NCBI GenBank assembly: GCA_040767805.1
Contig: JAXGNU010000006.1
Location: 1 to 64,000 of the forward strand
From: Thermovirgaceae bacterium
GTDB taxonomy: Bacteria; Synergistota; Synergistia; Synergistales; Thermovirgaceae
DNA: 64,000 nucleotides
Direction of reading: 5' to 3'
The first letter of the stretch is position 1, and each line of letters begins with the position of its first letter. Made by a program: the position numbers and the translations under genes. Of this stretch, positions 9,301-18,714 are shown one piece after another. Below the pieces are notes generated by a model, which did not search any database, was not told the DNA's origin, and worked only from the letters and a program-made list of their open reading frames with translations.

Positions 9301-9546
9301 ATGACGATGCTCTGCGCGTTGGCCAATGGACAGACCGCGAGAATAACGGCCCTTCCCCCGGGCATGAGCGGGAGGAGGCTCGAGGCGCTGGGGCTGCGCC
9401 CCGGCAAGATGGTGACCAAGGTCTCCGGCATGCCCTTTTTCGGCCCCGTGACGATCGCCCTCGACGGAAGGCAGATAGCCATAGGTCGCGGCATCTGCTG
9501 CAAGGTCTCCGTGGAACCCCTGGCGGAGAGGAACGCGAAGGGGTAA
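9301..9546 (+). CDS. feoA: Ferrous iron transport protein A
   Basis: 'RRLEALGLRPG..PFFGPVTI..IAIGRG'; directly upstream of feoB. Confidence 0.88.
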   Translation: MTMLCALANGQTARITALPPGMSGRRLEALGLRPGKMVTKVSGMPFFGPVTIALDGRQIAIGRGICCKVSVEPLAERNAKG

Positions 9547-11357
9547 TGCTGTTCAACAAATGCGCCGGCTGCCCCCTGGGTGAGTGCCCGGGCAAATGCC
9601 CCTTCTCCACCCTGGAGATCGGCGGCGATACGGACAACAAGAAGGTCCTCCTGGTGGGGAACCCCAACGTGGGGAAGAGCGCCCTCTTCACCCGCCTCAC
9701 GGGGGTTCACGCCTTTTCTTCCAATTACCCCGGCACCACGGTGGGCTTCACCGAGGGCTACCTCCGTTTCGACGGGGTCCGCTACTGCCTCATCGACGTG
9801 CCGGGCGCCTACACGCTGGAACCGACCAACGAGGCCGAGGACGTGGCGAAGCGGATCCTCGAGGAGGGGGCCGACGTGGTGGTCATCACCGTCGACGCCA
9901 CGGCCCTGGAGAGGAACCTCAACCTGGCGCTGCAGGTCCTGGAGATGGGGCTCCCCTCGGTCATCGCCCTGAACATGGTCGACGAGGCCCGCCACGAAGG
10001 GATAAGTATAGACGTCAAGGTCCTCGAAAAGGCCCTCGGTGTGCCCGTGGTGGGTACCGTGGCCGTGACGGGGCAAGGGATCAGCGAGCTGATCTCCCGG
10101 CTGAAGGACGCCAGGCCCGGCATCGCCGTGCCCGCCGAGGAGCGCTGGAGCCGCATCGGCGAGATCGCCGCCTCGGCGCAGACCATCGAGCACCGCCACC
10201 ACACGGTGAGGGACCGGATCGAGGACCTTTCGGTCCACCCCGGGTGGGGCGCCCTGCTGGGCGTTTTCGCCATCCTGGGCAGTTTCGCCGCCGTCCGGGT
10301 GATCGGCGAGGGGCTCATCGACTACCTGCTCGACCCCCTTTTCAACGGCATCCTGATGCCCCTTTTCCAGTGGCTGGGCCCCTTGCTCGGCGGCGAGGGC
10401 TCCCTCCCCTTCCGGGTCCTCCTGGGGATGCTCGTCGAAGGACGCATCGACCCGGAGCTGAGCTTCGGGCTTCTCACGACGGGCCTTTACGTCCCCCTAG
10501 TGATGGTGCTCCCCTACGTGGTGGCCTTTTACGGGGTCCTGAGCTTCCTGGAGGACGTGGGCTACCTCCCCCGCTTCGCGGTGCTCTTCGACGCCCTCCT
10601 CCACAAGGTGGGGCTCCACGGCTTCGCCATCGTGCCGAACCTGCTGGGGCTCGGCTGCAACGTCCCGGGGATCATGGCCACCAGGATCCTCGAGTCCCGG
10701 CGGGAACGCTTCATAGCGTCGACGCTGATCTCCGTGGCCGTCCCCTGCGCCGGGCTCCAGGCCATGATCATCGGCGCCCTGGGCGACCTGGGCGGCCGCT
10801 ACGTGCTGGCCGTCTACGGGACCCTCTTCGTGGCCTGGGTCATCCTGGGGAGGATAATGCACAAGTTCCTCCCGGGGTACAGCCCCGAACTGGTGGTGGA
10901 GATCCCCCCCTACAGGCTCCCGGCCTTCAAGGGCATCGGCATGAAGCTGTGGTTCAGGATAAAGGGCTTCCTGATGGAAGCCATCCCCATGGTCCTGGCG
11001 GGTGTCCTCGTGGCGAACCTGCTCTCCACCTCGGCCTTCATGGATGTCGTCTCGGCCCTGCTCTCACCCCTCTTCAGGGGCGTGCTGGGCCTGCCGCCGG
11101 AGACGGCCGGGCCGATACTGCTGGGCTTCCTGCGAAAGGACATAGCCGTGGGGATGCTCATTCCCATGAGGCTGCAGCCCGGCCAGATGGTGGTCGCCGT
11201 CGTGACCCTGGCCATGACCTTCCCCTGCATTGCCACCTTCATCGTGCTGTGGAAAGAACTGGGGGTCAAGGACATGCTCAAGACCATCGGGATAATGGCC
11301 CTGGCGGCCCTGGCGGCCGGCGGGGTGCTGAACTTCCTCTTCGCCCTCGCGTCCTGA
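9546..11357 (+). CDS. feoB: Ferrous iron transport protein B
   Basis: GNPNVGKS, NYPGTTV, DVPGAY, NMVD, 'EDVGYLPR', 'GCNVPG', 'EIPPYRLP'. Confidence 0.95.
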   Translation: MLFNKCAGCPLGECPGKCPFSTLEIGGDTDNKKVLLVGNPNVGKSALFTRLTGVHAFSSNYPGTTVGFTEGYLRFDGVRYCLIDVPGAYTLEPTNEAEDVAKRILEEGADVVVITVDATALERNLNLALQVLEMGLPSVIALNMVDEARHEGISIDVKVLEKALGVPVVGTVAVTGQGISELISRLKDARPGIAVPAEERWSRIGEIAASAQTIEHRHHTVRDRIEDLSVHPGWGALLGVFAILGSFAAVRVIGEGLIDYLLDPLFNGILMPLFQWLGPLLGGEGSLPFRVLLGMLVEGRIDPELSFGLLTTGLYVPLVMVLPYVVAFYGVLSFLEDVGYLPRFAVLFDALLHKVGLHGFAIVPNLLGLGCNVPGIMATRILESRRERFIASTLISVAVPCAGLQAMIIGALGDLGGRYVLAVYGTLFVAWVILGRIMHKFLPGYSPELVVEIPPYRLPAFKGIGMKLWFRIKGFLMEAIPMVLAGVLVANLLSTSAFMDVVSALLSPLFRGVLGLPPETAGPILLGFLRKDIAVGMLIPMRLQPGQMVVAVVTLAMTFPCIATFIVLWKELGVKDMLKTIGIMALAALAAGGVLNFLFALAS

Positions 11358-11372
11358 GCCCCGGGCCCCTCA

Positions 11373-12143
11373 TCAAACCAGCGGAAAGGCGGCCCTGAAC
11401 CCCCCCGATAGTTCCTCCAGGCTCCACGGGGTCTGAAAGACCTCGGCCAGGAGCACATCGTCCACGGCCCTCGGTGACGGGGGCTCCAGCAGCAAACCAT
11501 CTTTCAGGAAAAGGACCCTGTCGGCGAACCGCAGGGCGTAGTTTATGTCGTGGAGGGCCACGAGGATACCCCTGCCCTCTCCCCTGAGCCCGTCGAGGAG
11601 GCGGAAGACGGCGATGGCGTGCCGGGGGTCGAGGGCGCTGACGGGTTCATCCAGCAGGAGCACTTTCGTCTCCTGGGCGAGGGCCCTGGCGATGGCCACC
11701 CTCTGGGCCTCGCCCCCCGAGAGGTCCGTGACGAGCCTCTCGCCGAAGGAGGAGAGGTCCACCGCCTCCAGGGAGGCTTCAGCCGCACGGCGGTCCTCGG
11801 CGGTGAGCCTGGAAAACCTCCCCGCCGATGGGAAGCGCCCCATGAGGACCGTCTCCATGACGGTGAAGGGCGTCATGAAGCCCGTCTGCTGGGGCACCAC
11901 GGCTATCCTCCTGGCCGCCTCCCTCCTGGTGAGGGCGTCCAGGTCGTCGCCCTCCACCAGGACCCTGCCGGCATCTTTCCTGCCGATGCCCGCCGCTGCC
12001 GCCAGGAGGGTGCTCTTGCCGCTCCCGTTGGGGCCCAGGAGCGCGACTACCTGGCCGGCGGCGACCTCCAGGTCGATCTTTTTGAGGACCTCCCTTGAAC
12101 CGAGGGTCACCCTAACGCCCTCGAGGGAGAGGAGGCCGCTCAT
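11373..12143 (-). CDS. ABC ATP-binding protein, cobalamin/Fe-siderophore type
   Basis: GPNGSGKST, LSGGEAQR, LLLDEP, LHD; overlaps permease stop. Confidence 0.9.
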   Translation of the reverse strand: MSGLLSLEGVRVTLGSREVLKKIDLEVAAGQVVALLGPNGSGKSTLLAAAAGIGRKDAGRVLVEGDDLDALTRREAARRIAVVPQQTGFMTPFTVMETVLMGRFPSAGRFSRLTAEDRRAAEASLEAVDLSSFGERLVTDLSGGEAQRVAIARALAQETKVLLLDEPVSALDPRHAIAVFRLLDGLRGEGRGILVALHDINYALRFADRVLFLKDGLLLEPPSPRAVDDVLLAEVFQTPWSLEELSGGFRAAFPLV

Positions 12144-13111
12144 CTTTCCCTCCAGAGCAGGAAGCAGAACAAAGGCCCCCCGACAAGGGCCGTGATGACC
12201 CCCACGGGGAGTTCCCCCAGGGAGCGGGCCGCCATGTCCGCCAGGAGCAGGAGGAGGGCCCCGCCCAGGACGCTCAGCGGCATGAGCCTGCGGTGAGCCG
12301 GTCCGACGACGATCCTCACCAGGTGGGGCACCACGAGTCCCACGAAGCCGATGACGCCGCTCATGGAGACCACCATGGCCGTCGCCAGGGAACTTCCCAG
12401 GAGGAGCACGCCGGAGGTCCTGCGCTCGTCGACGCCCAGGGAGGCGGCGTCGGCGCCGGAGGAGAGGATATCGAGGTCGCGGGCCCAGAAGAGCCCCAGG
12501 GCCAGGACCACCGCCGCCATGGCGGCGCCCCGGGTGGCGTGGCCCCAGGTGGAGAGGGAGAAACTTCCCAGGAGCCATAGGACGATCGCGCCCACCTGCT
12601 CCCCCGCCAGGGCCTCCATGAGGGTGATGACCGAGCCGAGGATGCTGCCGACGATGACGCCGGCCAGGATGAGGCGCGAGGGCGAGGCCCTGCCGCGGCT
12701 GCCCCGCCCCAGGAGCCACACGAGCCAGAGGGCGGCGATGCTGCCAGCGAAGGCAAAGGCCGATATGAAGGGCAGGCCCAGCGTTATGGCCGCGGAGGCC
12801 CCGAGGGCGGCCCCGGCGGCCACGCCCAGCGTGTAGGGTTCGGCCAGGGGATTGAGGAGCACCCCCTGGAAGATGACCCCGCTCCCGGCGAGGACGGCCC
12901 CGGCCGACGCGGCGGCGAGGGCCCTCGGGAGGCGTATGGCGAGGACGATCTTCGACCGGGGGTCCGAGGCGGGCACGCGGCCCGTGATCACCCCCAGGAC
13001 GTCGCCCCCGGGTATGGGCACCTCGCCCACGGTAATGACCCAAAGGAGCGCGACGGCCAGGAGGGCCGAAAGGATGACGAGGGGGAGGGCCAGCCCGCCC
13101 CGGGAGCTCAT
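12140..13111 (-). CDS. FecCD/BtuC-family permease
   Basis: 'IRLPRA', 'NPLAEPYTLGV', 'IGFVGLVVPH', 'ELPVG'. Confidence 0.92.
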   Translation of the reverse strand: MSSRGGLALPLVILSALLAVALLWVITVGEVPIPGGDVLGVITGRVPASDPRSKIVLAIRLPRALAAASAGAVLAGSGVIFQGVLLNPLAEPYTLGVAAGAALGASAAITLGLPFISAFAFAGSIAALWLVWLLGRGSRGRASPSRLILAGVIVGSILGSVITLMEALAGEQVGAIVLWLLGSFSLSTWGHATRGAAMAAVVLALGLFWARDLDILSSGADAASLGVDERRTSGVLLLGSSLATAMVVSMSGVIGFVGLVVPHLVRIVVGPAHRRLMPLSVLGGALLLLLADMAARSLGELPVGVITALVGGPLFCFLLWRER

Positions 13112-14043
13112 GGCCCGCCTCCCTCCGGAGGATGGGCCCCGCCCGCTACCTCCCCGCGGAGCCGGGAGGCCCGGTCCAGGACCCTTTCGGGGGTGAAGCC
13201 CGACTCACCCGCCAGGAGGGCAGCGCCCGAGGCCCCCGCCCCGTCGGGGGTCTCCCCCAGGTCGACGGTCTGGGTCTCGAGGTCAAGGAGCGCCGAAAGG
13301 TCGCCGAAGGCCCCGCCGAGGTCCCTTTCGGTCCGAGCCGTGACGGCGAGGGAGAACCGCCCCTTCTCGCCGAGGTCCCTGAGCAGCGCAGCAGCGGCGA
13401 GCATGGGAAGGCCCCCCGAAAGGAGGACCTTCGCTCCCCCCATGGCCCCGGCCGCCAGGGCCGCGGCGACCACCATGGCAGGGTCTCCCAGCTCCGAGGC
13501 GGCCTTGAAGCCATGACCGATGAGGTCGCCGGGGCGTATGCCCAGCCTCGACGATGCGGCCTCCCAGGGGTCGGGCCCTTCACCATAGGACGGGAGGTAG
13601 TCCAGGGCGGCGCCCTTGTACCCCAGGGCCTTGAGGAAGAACCTGGCGGTGACCTCGTCGCCGGGACAGGTACTCCCGATGACGAGGCGGTCGTCAAGGC
13701 CGGCCAGGAGCCTTCCGAGGCTGAAGCCGCTGTCCCAGGTCACCCCGGCGCCGGGGAGGGCCGGGCCCTTAGCGGGGTCTCCCCCCGTCGGGACCCCCGT
13801 TTCCATGTAGGGGCACTTTGGCATTGACCTGGAACCGCAGCGGACCACCAGGGTGGGGAAATCGGCCAGGAAGCGGGCTGCCCTGGTGACCAGGACCGGA
13901 GGGGTCGGGGAGCCGCCGGAAAGGGCGGGGACCATACCGGGGTCGGTGATCCCCCACCAGGTGAAGTCGGCCTCGACGTGGGAGGGGAAACGGCCGGGGG
14001 AGGCGCTCCCGGCTTGGGAGTCCCCCGTCAGCAGGATGAACAA
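13108..14043 (-). CDS. Archaeal-type CobT-like protein with degenerate motifs
   Basis: 'PTPPVLVTRA', 'GDP', 'VLLSGG..M.A' resemble archaeal CobT; TTG start after GAGGAGG. Confidence 0.55.
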   Translation of the reverse strand: MFILLTGDSQAGSASPGRFPSHVEADFTWWGITDPGMVPALSGGSPTPPVLVTRAARFLADFPTLVVRCGSRSMPKCPYMETGVPTGGDPAKGPALPGAGVTWDSGFSLGRLLAGLDDRLVIGSTCPGDEVTARFFLKALGYKGAALDYLPSYGEGPDPWEAASSRLGIRPGDLIGHGFKAASELGDPAMVVAAALAAGAMGGAKVLLSGGLPMLAAAALLRDLGEKGRFSLAVTARTERDLGGAFGDLSALLDLETQTVDLGETPDGAGASGAALLAGESGFTPERVLDRASRLRGEVAGGAHPPEGGGP

Positions 14044-14624
14044 TCCCCATCCTCCTCTTCGACCAGTGAAAGGGCGGCCCGGAGGTGCTTGCAGTCCCCC
14101 CGGTTCCGAAAGCCGGGGCAGCTGCAGGAGCGGTGCTTCACGTCAACGGCGTAGTCGGCGGTGCCGTGGGCGATGAAGATCGTCGGGGATACGCGCTCCA
14201 GGTCACCCCGTGGGAAGGAAGACGACCCTTGGCCCGGTGAGGAGAAGGCCCTGTTCGTGAGGGCGTCGGCGGCGGCGTTCCTCTCCCGGGGGACCCACTG
14301 GAGGACGGCTCCTGTAGCGCGGGCCAGCTCGCGGGCCCTTTCGGCCAGGGGTCGGAGGCGCTCCTCGCGGACTTTCCAGAGGCCCTTCACCTGGGAGATG
14401 ACCAGCCGGCTGTCGCCGTGGACGGTGACCTTCTTGAGGCCCCTCGCGGCGATCTCCTCGAGGAGCATTATCAGGGCCTTGTACTCGGCCTCGTTGTTGG
14501 TGCCGATGCCCAGGGCCCGGGAGCACTGCCAGGCGACCCGGCCGTCGTCGTCGATTATGCAGGCCCCGGCGGCCGATTCGCCCGGGTTCCCCCGGGAGGC
14601 CCCGTCGAAATAGGCTGTAATCAT
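14028..14624 (-). CDS. rnhA: Ribonuclease HI with C-terminal SWIM zinc finger
   Basis: 'FDGASRGNPG', 'TNNEAEY', 'GDSRLV', 'WVPRERNAAAD'; C-terminal CSC..CKH. Confidence 0.88.
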   Translation of the reverse strand: MITAYFDGASRGNPGESAAGACIIDDDGRVAWQCSRALGIGTNNEAEYKALIMLLEEIAARGLKKVTVHGDSRLVISQVKGLWKVREERLRPLAERARELARATGAVLQWVPRERNAAADALTNRAFSSPGQGSSSFPRGDLERVSPTIFIAHGTADYAVDVKHRSCSCPGFRNRGDCKHLRAALSLVEEEDGDCSSC

Positions 14625-14680
14625 GGGTATTCCGTCACCTCGCCCCTGTTCTTGAAAAAGTATAACAGAGCCAGGGCTTT

Positions 14681-14950
14681 GGGGTCAGACCTTGAATTTG
14701 AGCAATTGTATACGAAAAGGGCAAAAAACGTGAACCCGTGAATCGTAAATCGTGAATCGGGAATCGTGAATCGAGGGCAAGGAACAGAAGACCAAAGGGC
14801 GTAAGACCTAAGACGGGAGACGGTAAAAGCGGAAAGCAAGGGGCTGGAGATCGGAGATCGGAAGGGGCGAAAGCCAAGGGCAAGGGTGAAGAGGCGGGAC
14901 GAGGGCGAAGGGCGGGAGGTGGGGGGTTACGGGTAGAATAGGGGCGAAGG
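14681..14950 (+). repeat. 46-bp repeat copy 2, (TCGTGAA)n array (14729-14773) and purine-rich mosaic tract
   Basis: Visible tandem heptamers; T-poor tract; first ~90 bp closely similar to 21435 onward. Confidence 0.88.
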
Positions 14951-14984
14951 CTTCACTTTTCCGATCTCGCAAGGGGGGAGAGAG

Positions 14985-16778
14985 ATGTTCGGAAAACTTC
15001 TGCACGTCGATCTTGGGACGGGGGCCTTCGGGGATCACGTCGTCCCCGAGGAGGCGGTGAGAAAGTACATCGGCGGGAAGGGGCTTGGCATCTACCTGCT
15101 GGATTCGATGACGGTCCCGGGAACAGGAGCGCTGGACCCGGGGAACGCCCTTTTCTTCCTGACCGGACCCTTCACAGGGACGATATTCCCGACCTCAGGC
15201 CGTTTCGTGGTGGTGACCAAGTCGCCCCTCACCGGGATGTACGTGGACAGCCACAGTGGGGGGCACTTCGCGAAGGAACTGCGGCGGGCCGGTTACGACG
15301 GGATCATCGTGACCGGCAAGGCGGAAAGGCCGGTCTTCCTCTGGATCGAGGACGGCAGAGCCGAACTGCGCGACGCGTCGACCCTCTGGGGGAAGTCCGT
15401 GGACGAGACGGTATCCGCCGTCAGGGGGATGACCGACGATAAGGCCCGCGTGGCCGTGATAGGGCCCGCGGGGGAGAACCTGGTGCCCCTGGCCACCATC
15501 ACCGTCGACAGCGACAGCGATCAGACCAGGGCGGGCGTGGCGGGCAGGGGCGGCGCCGGAGCGGTCATGGGGAGCAAGAACCTCAAGGCCATAGCCGCCA
15601 AGGGCACCGGGGCCATAACCGTCGCCGAGGAGGGCCCTTTCAGGGAGCAGGTGGCGGAGATCGTCAAAGCCATCAACGCCAACGACCAGGTCCACACCAG
15701 GCGCATCGTGGGGACCTCCTCGCTGGTGGAGTCCATGAGCCGCACGGGGATCCTGCCCACCTACAATTTCCAGCAGGGTTACTTCGTGCCCATCTACGGG
15801 ATCGTCTCCACCAACATGAGGCATTACACGAAGAGGGACGTGGCCTGCTCCAACTGCCCCATCATCTGCGGCAAGGTCCTGGATGACGAGGGGCACGCCG
15901 TAAAGATGGAGTACGAATCCATCGCGCTGCTGGGGAGCAACAACGGCGTGGGCGATATGCCGTCGCTGGCGCGGTCGGTGAGGGTCTGCAATCAACTCGG
16001 CCTGGACACCATCTCGGCGGGGAACGTCGTGGGCTTCGCCATGGAGTGCAGGCAGAGGGGGATCCTTCCCGAGGCGCCCGAGTTCGGCGACGCCGATGGG
16101 CAGGCAGAACTGCTGGAGGACATGGCCTACAGGAGAGGCCTGGGGGCGCTCCTGGCCGACGGGGTGAAGGCGGCCGCCGAAAGGGTCGGGAAAGGGACGG
16201 ACCATTTCGCCATCCACGTCAAGGGGATGGAGCTGCCCGGCTACGAACCCAGGGCGACCTGGGGGATGGCCCTGGCCTACGCCACCTCCGACCGGGGTGG
16301 ATGCCACCAGAGGGCCTGGACGGTGCTGGGCGAACTGGACGGGTACCTGCCCCGCTTCTCCACGGAGGGCATGGCGGCGACGGTTAAGACCATCCAGGAC
16401 GAGAGGGCGGCGGCCTATTCTCTCGTGGTCTGCGACTTCGCCCCCTACGAACAGGAGAGGGCCCTGGCCTGCCTCAGGCACGTCACGGGGTGGGACATCA
16501 CCGAGGAGGAGTACCTGGCCGCCGGTGAGAGGACCTGGAACCACACCAGGCTCTTCAACGTCCGCGAGGCGGGCGTCTCCAGGAAGGACGACGCCCTGCC
16601 GCCGAGGATGCTGGAGGACCCGCTCCCCATGCCGCCCAGGGGAGAACAGAAGGTTTCCCTCGGGCGGGGGGAGTTGGACAAGATGCTTGACGAGTACTAC
16701 GAATTAAGGGGATGGAACCGCGACGGGCGGCCCAGGACCGAGACGCTTAAGAGACTCGGGATCGAGGCGCGGTCATGA
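14985..16778 (+). CDS. aor: Aldehyde:ferredoxin oxidoreductase (W/Mo-pterin)
   Basis: 'KSPLTG', 'AGRGGAGAVMGSKNLKAI', CSNCPIIC, 'EYES', 'GLDTIS', 'YYELRGW'. Confidence 0.93.
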   Translation: MFGKLLHVDLGTGAFGDHVVPEEAVRKYIGGKGLGIYLLDSMTVPGTGALDPGNALFFLTGPFTGTIFPTSGRFVVVTKSPLTGMYVDSHSGGHFAKELRRAGYDGIIVTGKAERPVFLWIEDGRAELRDASTLWGKSVDETVSAVRGMTDDKARVAVIGPAGENLVPLATITVDSDSDQTRAGVAGRGGAGAVMGSKNLKAIAAKGTGAITVAEEGPFREQVAEIVKAINANDQVHTRRIVGTSSLVESMSRTGILPTYNFQQGYFVPIYGIVSTNMRHYTKRDVACSNCPIICGKVLDDEGHAVKMEYESIALLGSNNGVGDMPSLARSVRVCNQLGLDTISAGNVVGFAMECRQRGILPEAPEFGDADGQAELLEDMAYRRGLGALLADGVKAAAERVGKGTDHFAIHVKGMELPGYEPRATWGMALAYATSDRGGCHQRAWTVLGELDGYLPRFSTEGMAATVKTIQDERAAAYSLVVCDFAPYEQERALACLRHVTGWDITEEEYLAAGERTWNHTRLFNVREAGVSRKDDALPPRMLEDPLPMPPRGEQKVSLGRGELDKMLDEYYELRGWNRDGRPRTETLKRLGIEARS

Positions 16779-16798
16779 CGGGAGGTGCTTTTCAAGAT

Positions 16799-17830
16799 AT
16801 GTGGGATTTGGGCTTGGTGGGTTTCGGAAATGTTGGGAAGGGCCTGGCGAAGATCCTCGATCAGAAGCGGGACGCCCTGCGGAGACGCTACGGCTTTGAG
16901 TACAGGGTGACCTTCATAGCCACCGGCAGCCGGGGTTCGCTGCTGAACCCAGCGGGGATCGACCTGGGGTCGGCCCTGGCGGAGATCGGTGAAAAGGGGA
17001 GCCTCAAGGGGCACGCCGACGCCACGGAAAAGGGCGCCCTCTCGCTGATAAGGGGCAGTCACGCCCGGGTGGTGGCCGAGACGACGGTGACGGACCTCAG
17101 GACGGGTGAGCCCGGGCTCACCCATATCCGGACGGCCCTCGAGGGGGGGATGCACGTGGTCTCCACCAACAAGGGGCCCGTGTCGGTCGCCCTGCCGGAA
17201 TTGACGGCCCTGGCCGAGGGCAAGGGGCTCTCCTACCGGTTCGAGGGCGTGGTGATGAGCGGGACCCCCGCGCTGAACCTGGCCCGCGACGCCCTGGCCG
17301 GCTGCGGCATCAGCGGCGCCAGGGGGATCGTCAACGGTACCACCAACTACATCCTTTCCCGAATGGAAGAGGGCATGGGCTACGGCGAGGCCCTCGAAAA
17401 GGCCCAGGAGCTGGGCTACGCCGAAGCGGACCCCACGGGGGACGTGGAGGGCTGGGACGCCGCCGTCAAGGCCCAGGTGCTCGCCATGGTCGTCCTGGGG
17501 GAGCCGCTGCGCCTCGAGGAGGTGGAGCGCGTGGGCATAACGGGCATTACGCCCGAGGATATTGCCTCAGCCCGGGCGAAGGGCGCCAGGATCAAGCTTA
17601 TCGCCGAAGTGAGAAGGGACGGCGGGAAGCTGGCCGCCCGGGTCACGCCGGAGGAGGTGCCCTTGACCCACCCGCTGGCGGGCGTCATGGGCGCCGCCAA
17701 CGCCCTTACCTTTTACACGGACCACCTGGGGGAGGTCACCATCGTCGGGCCCGGCGCGGGGGGCGTGGAAACGGGGCAGGCCCTGCTCACGGACCTGCTG
17801 GCCCTTCACCGGCGGCACGGGAAAGCCTAG
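16799..17830 (+). CDS. hom: Homoserine dehydrogenase (no ACT domain)
   Basis: GFGNVG, 'TNKGP', 'GIVNGTTNYIL', 'GYAEADPTGDVEGWD', 'GPGAG'. Confidence 0.93.
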   Translation: MWDLGLVGFGNVGKGLAKILDQKRDALRRRYGFEYRVTFIATGSRGSLLNPAGIDLGSALAEIGEKGSLKGHADATEKGALSLIRGSHARVVAETTVTDLRTGEPGLTHIRTALEGGMHVVSTNKGPVSVALPELTALAEGKGLSYRFEGVVMSGTPALNLARDALAGCGISGARGIVNGTTNYILSRMEEGMGYGEALEKAQELGYAEADPTGDVEGWDAAVKAQVLAMVVLGEPLRLEEVERVGITGITPEDIASARAKGARIKLIAEVRRDGGKLAARVTPEEVPLTHPLAGVMGAANALTFYTDHLGEVTIVGPGAGGVETGQALLTDLLALHRRHGKA

Positions 17831-18645
17831 AGGGGACCCGAAAGGGCCGGGAGGACCGAAACCACCTGGGGGCGGACGCCCTTGCCCTGGATGATGTTTA
17901 GCAGCAGCCGGGCCGAAAGGGTGCCCAGTTCGAAGGCGGGCCAGTACAGTTTCCAGGCCCCGGGGGGGACCGCGGGGCAGCGCCGGGTGGCGCTGATGAC
18001 GAGGGTATCACCGGGCGAGGTCCCCTCCCCCGTGGGGAGGAGGCCGTCGTAGAGCCTGACGGTACCCTCTTTTTTAGGGGCGCCGCCGGGCAGGAGGGCG
18101 CCGATGCCCGGGAAGAAGGGGTTTCCCCCCTGGAAGAGTTCGACCGCCCGGCCATCGGCAAGCCGAGCCAGCTGCGAAGCGGCGGAGCCCAGGTCCACCG
18201 AGACCGTGTAGCCGCTCTCCCGCTTGGGGCCCACGATGACGGAGGGGATGTCCGCCTCCGGCGCCGGGCCGTTGTCGAAGAGGATGAAGCCGTCGACCCT
18301 CCTTGAAAGGAGCCCCGACAGGGCGTTGTGCCTCTGCTGGGGGTCGCCCCCCGTCGCGCGGGGGATGATATCGACACCGTGGCGGGAGAGGACCCTTTCG
18401 AGGCCCGCCAGGTACTCCGCAGCCCAGGGGAGGGAGATATCCTCCAGGAAGACCCCTACGGTGTCGCTCCTGCTGCTTGAAAGGCCCCTGGCGATGGCGT
18501 CGGGGCGGTAGCCCAGTTCCTTTATGGCGGCCCAGACTTTCTCGACCGTGGCGGGGCTTATGCGAGCGTCGCCCCGGAGGACCCTGCTGACGGTGGCCTT
18601 GTTGACCTGGGCGGCCCTGGCGACGTCGGACATGGTCACGCGCAT
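17827..18645 (-). CDS. LacI-family regulator
   Basis: HTH 'TMSDVARAAQVNKATVSRVL', 'LGYRPD'; short divergent sensor domain. Confidence 0.85.
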   Translation of the reverse strand: MRVTMSDVARAAQVNKATVSRVLRGDARISPATVEKVWAAIKELGYRPDAIARGLSSSRSDTVGVFLEDISLPWAAEYLAGLERVLSRHGVDIIPRATGGDPQQRHNALSGLLSRRVDGFILFDNGPAPEADIPSVIVGPKRESGYTVSVDLGSAASQLARLADGRAVELFQGGNPFFPGIGALLPGGAPKKEGTVRLYDGLLPTGEGTSPGDTLVISATRRCPAVPPGAWKLYWPAFELGTLSARLLLNIIQGKGVRPQVVSVLPALSGPL

Positions 18646-18654
18646 GGCGAAGTA

Positions 18655-18692
18655 CCGTGAATCGTAAGTCGCGGGTCGTGAATCGTGAACCG
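18655..18692 (+). repeat. Degenerate (TCGTGAA)n array
   Basis: ccgtgaa-tcgtaag-tcgcggg-tcgtgaa-tcgtgaa. Confidence 0.75.
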
Positions 18693-18714
18693 CAAACTGT
18701 GGACGGTTTTTGGT

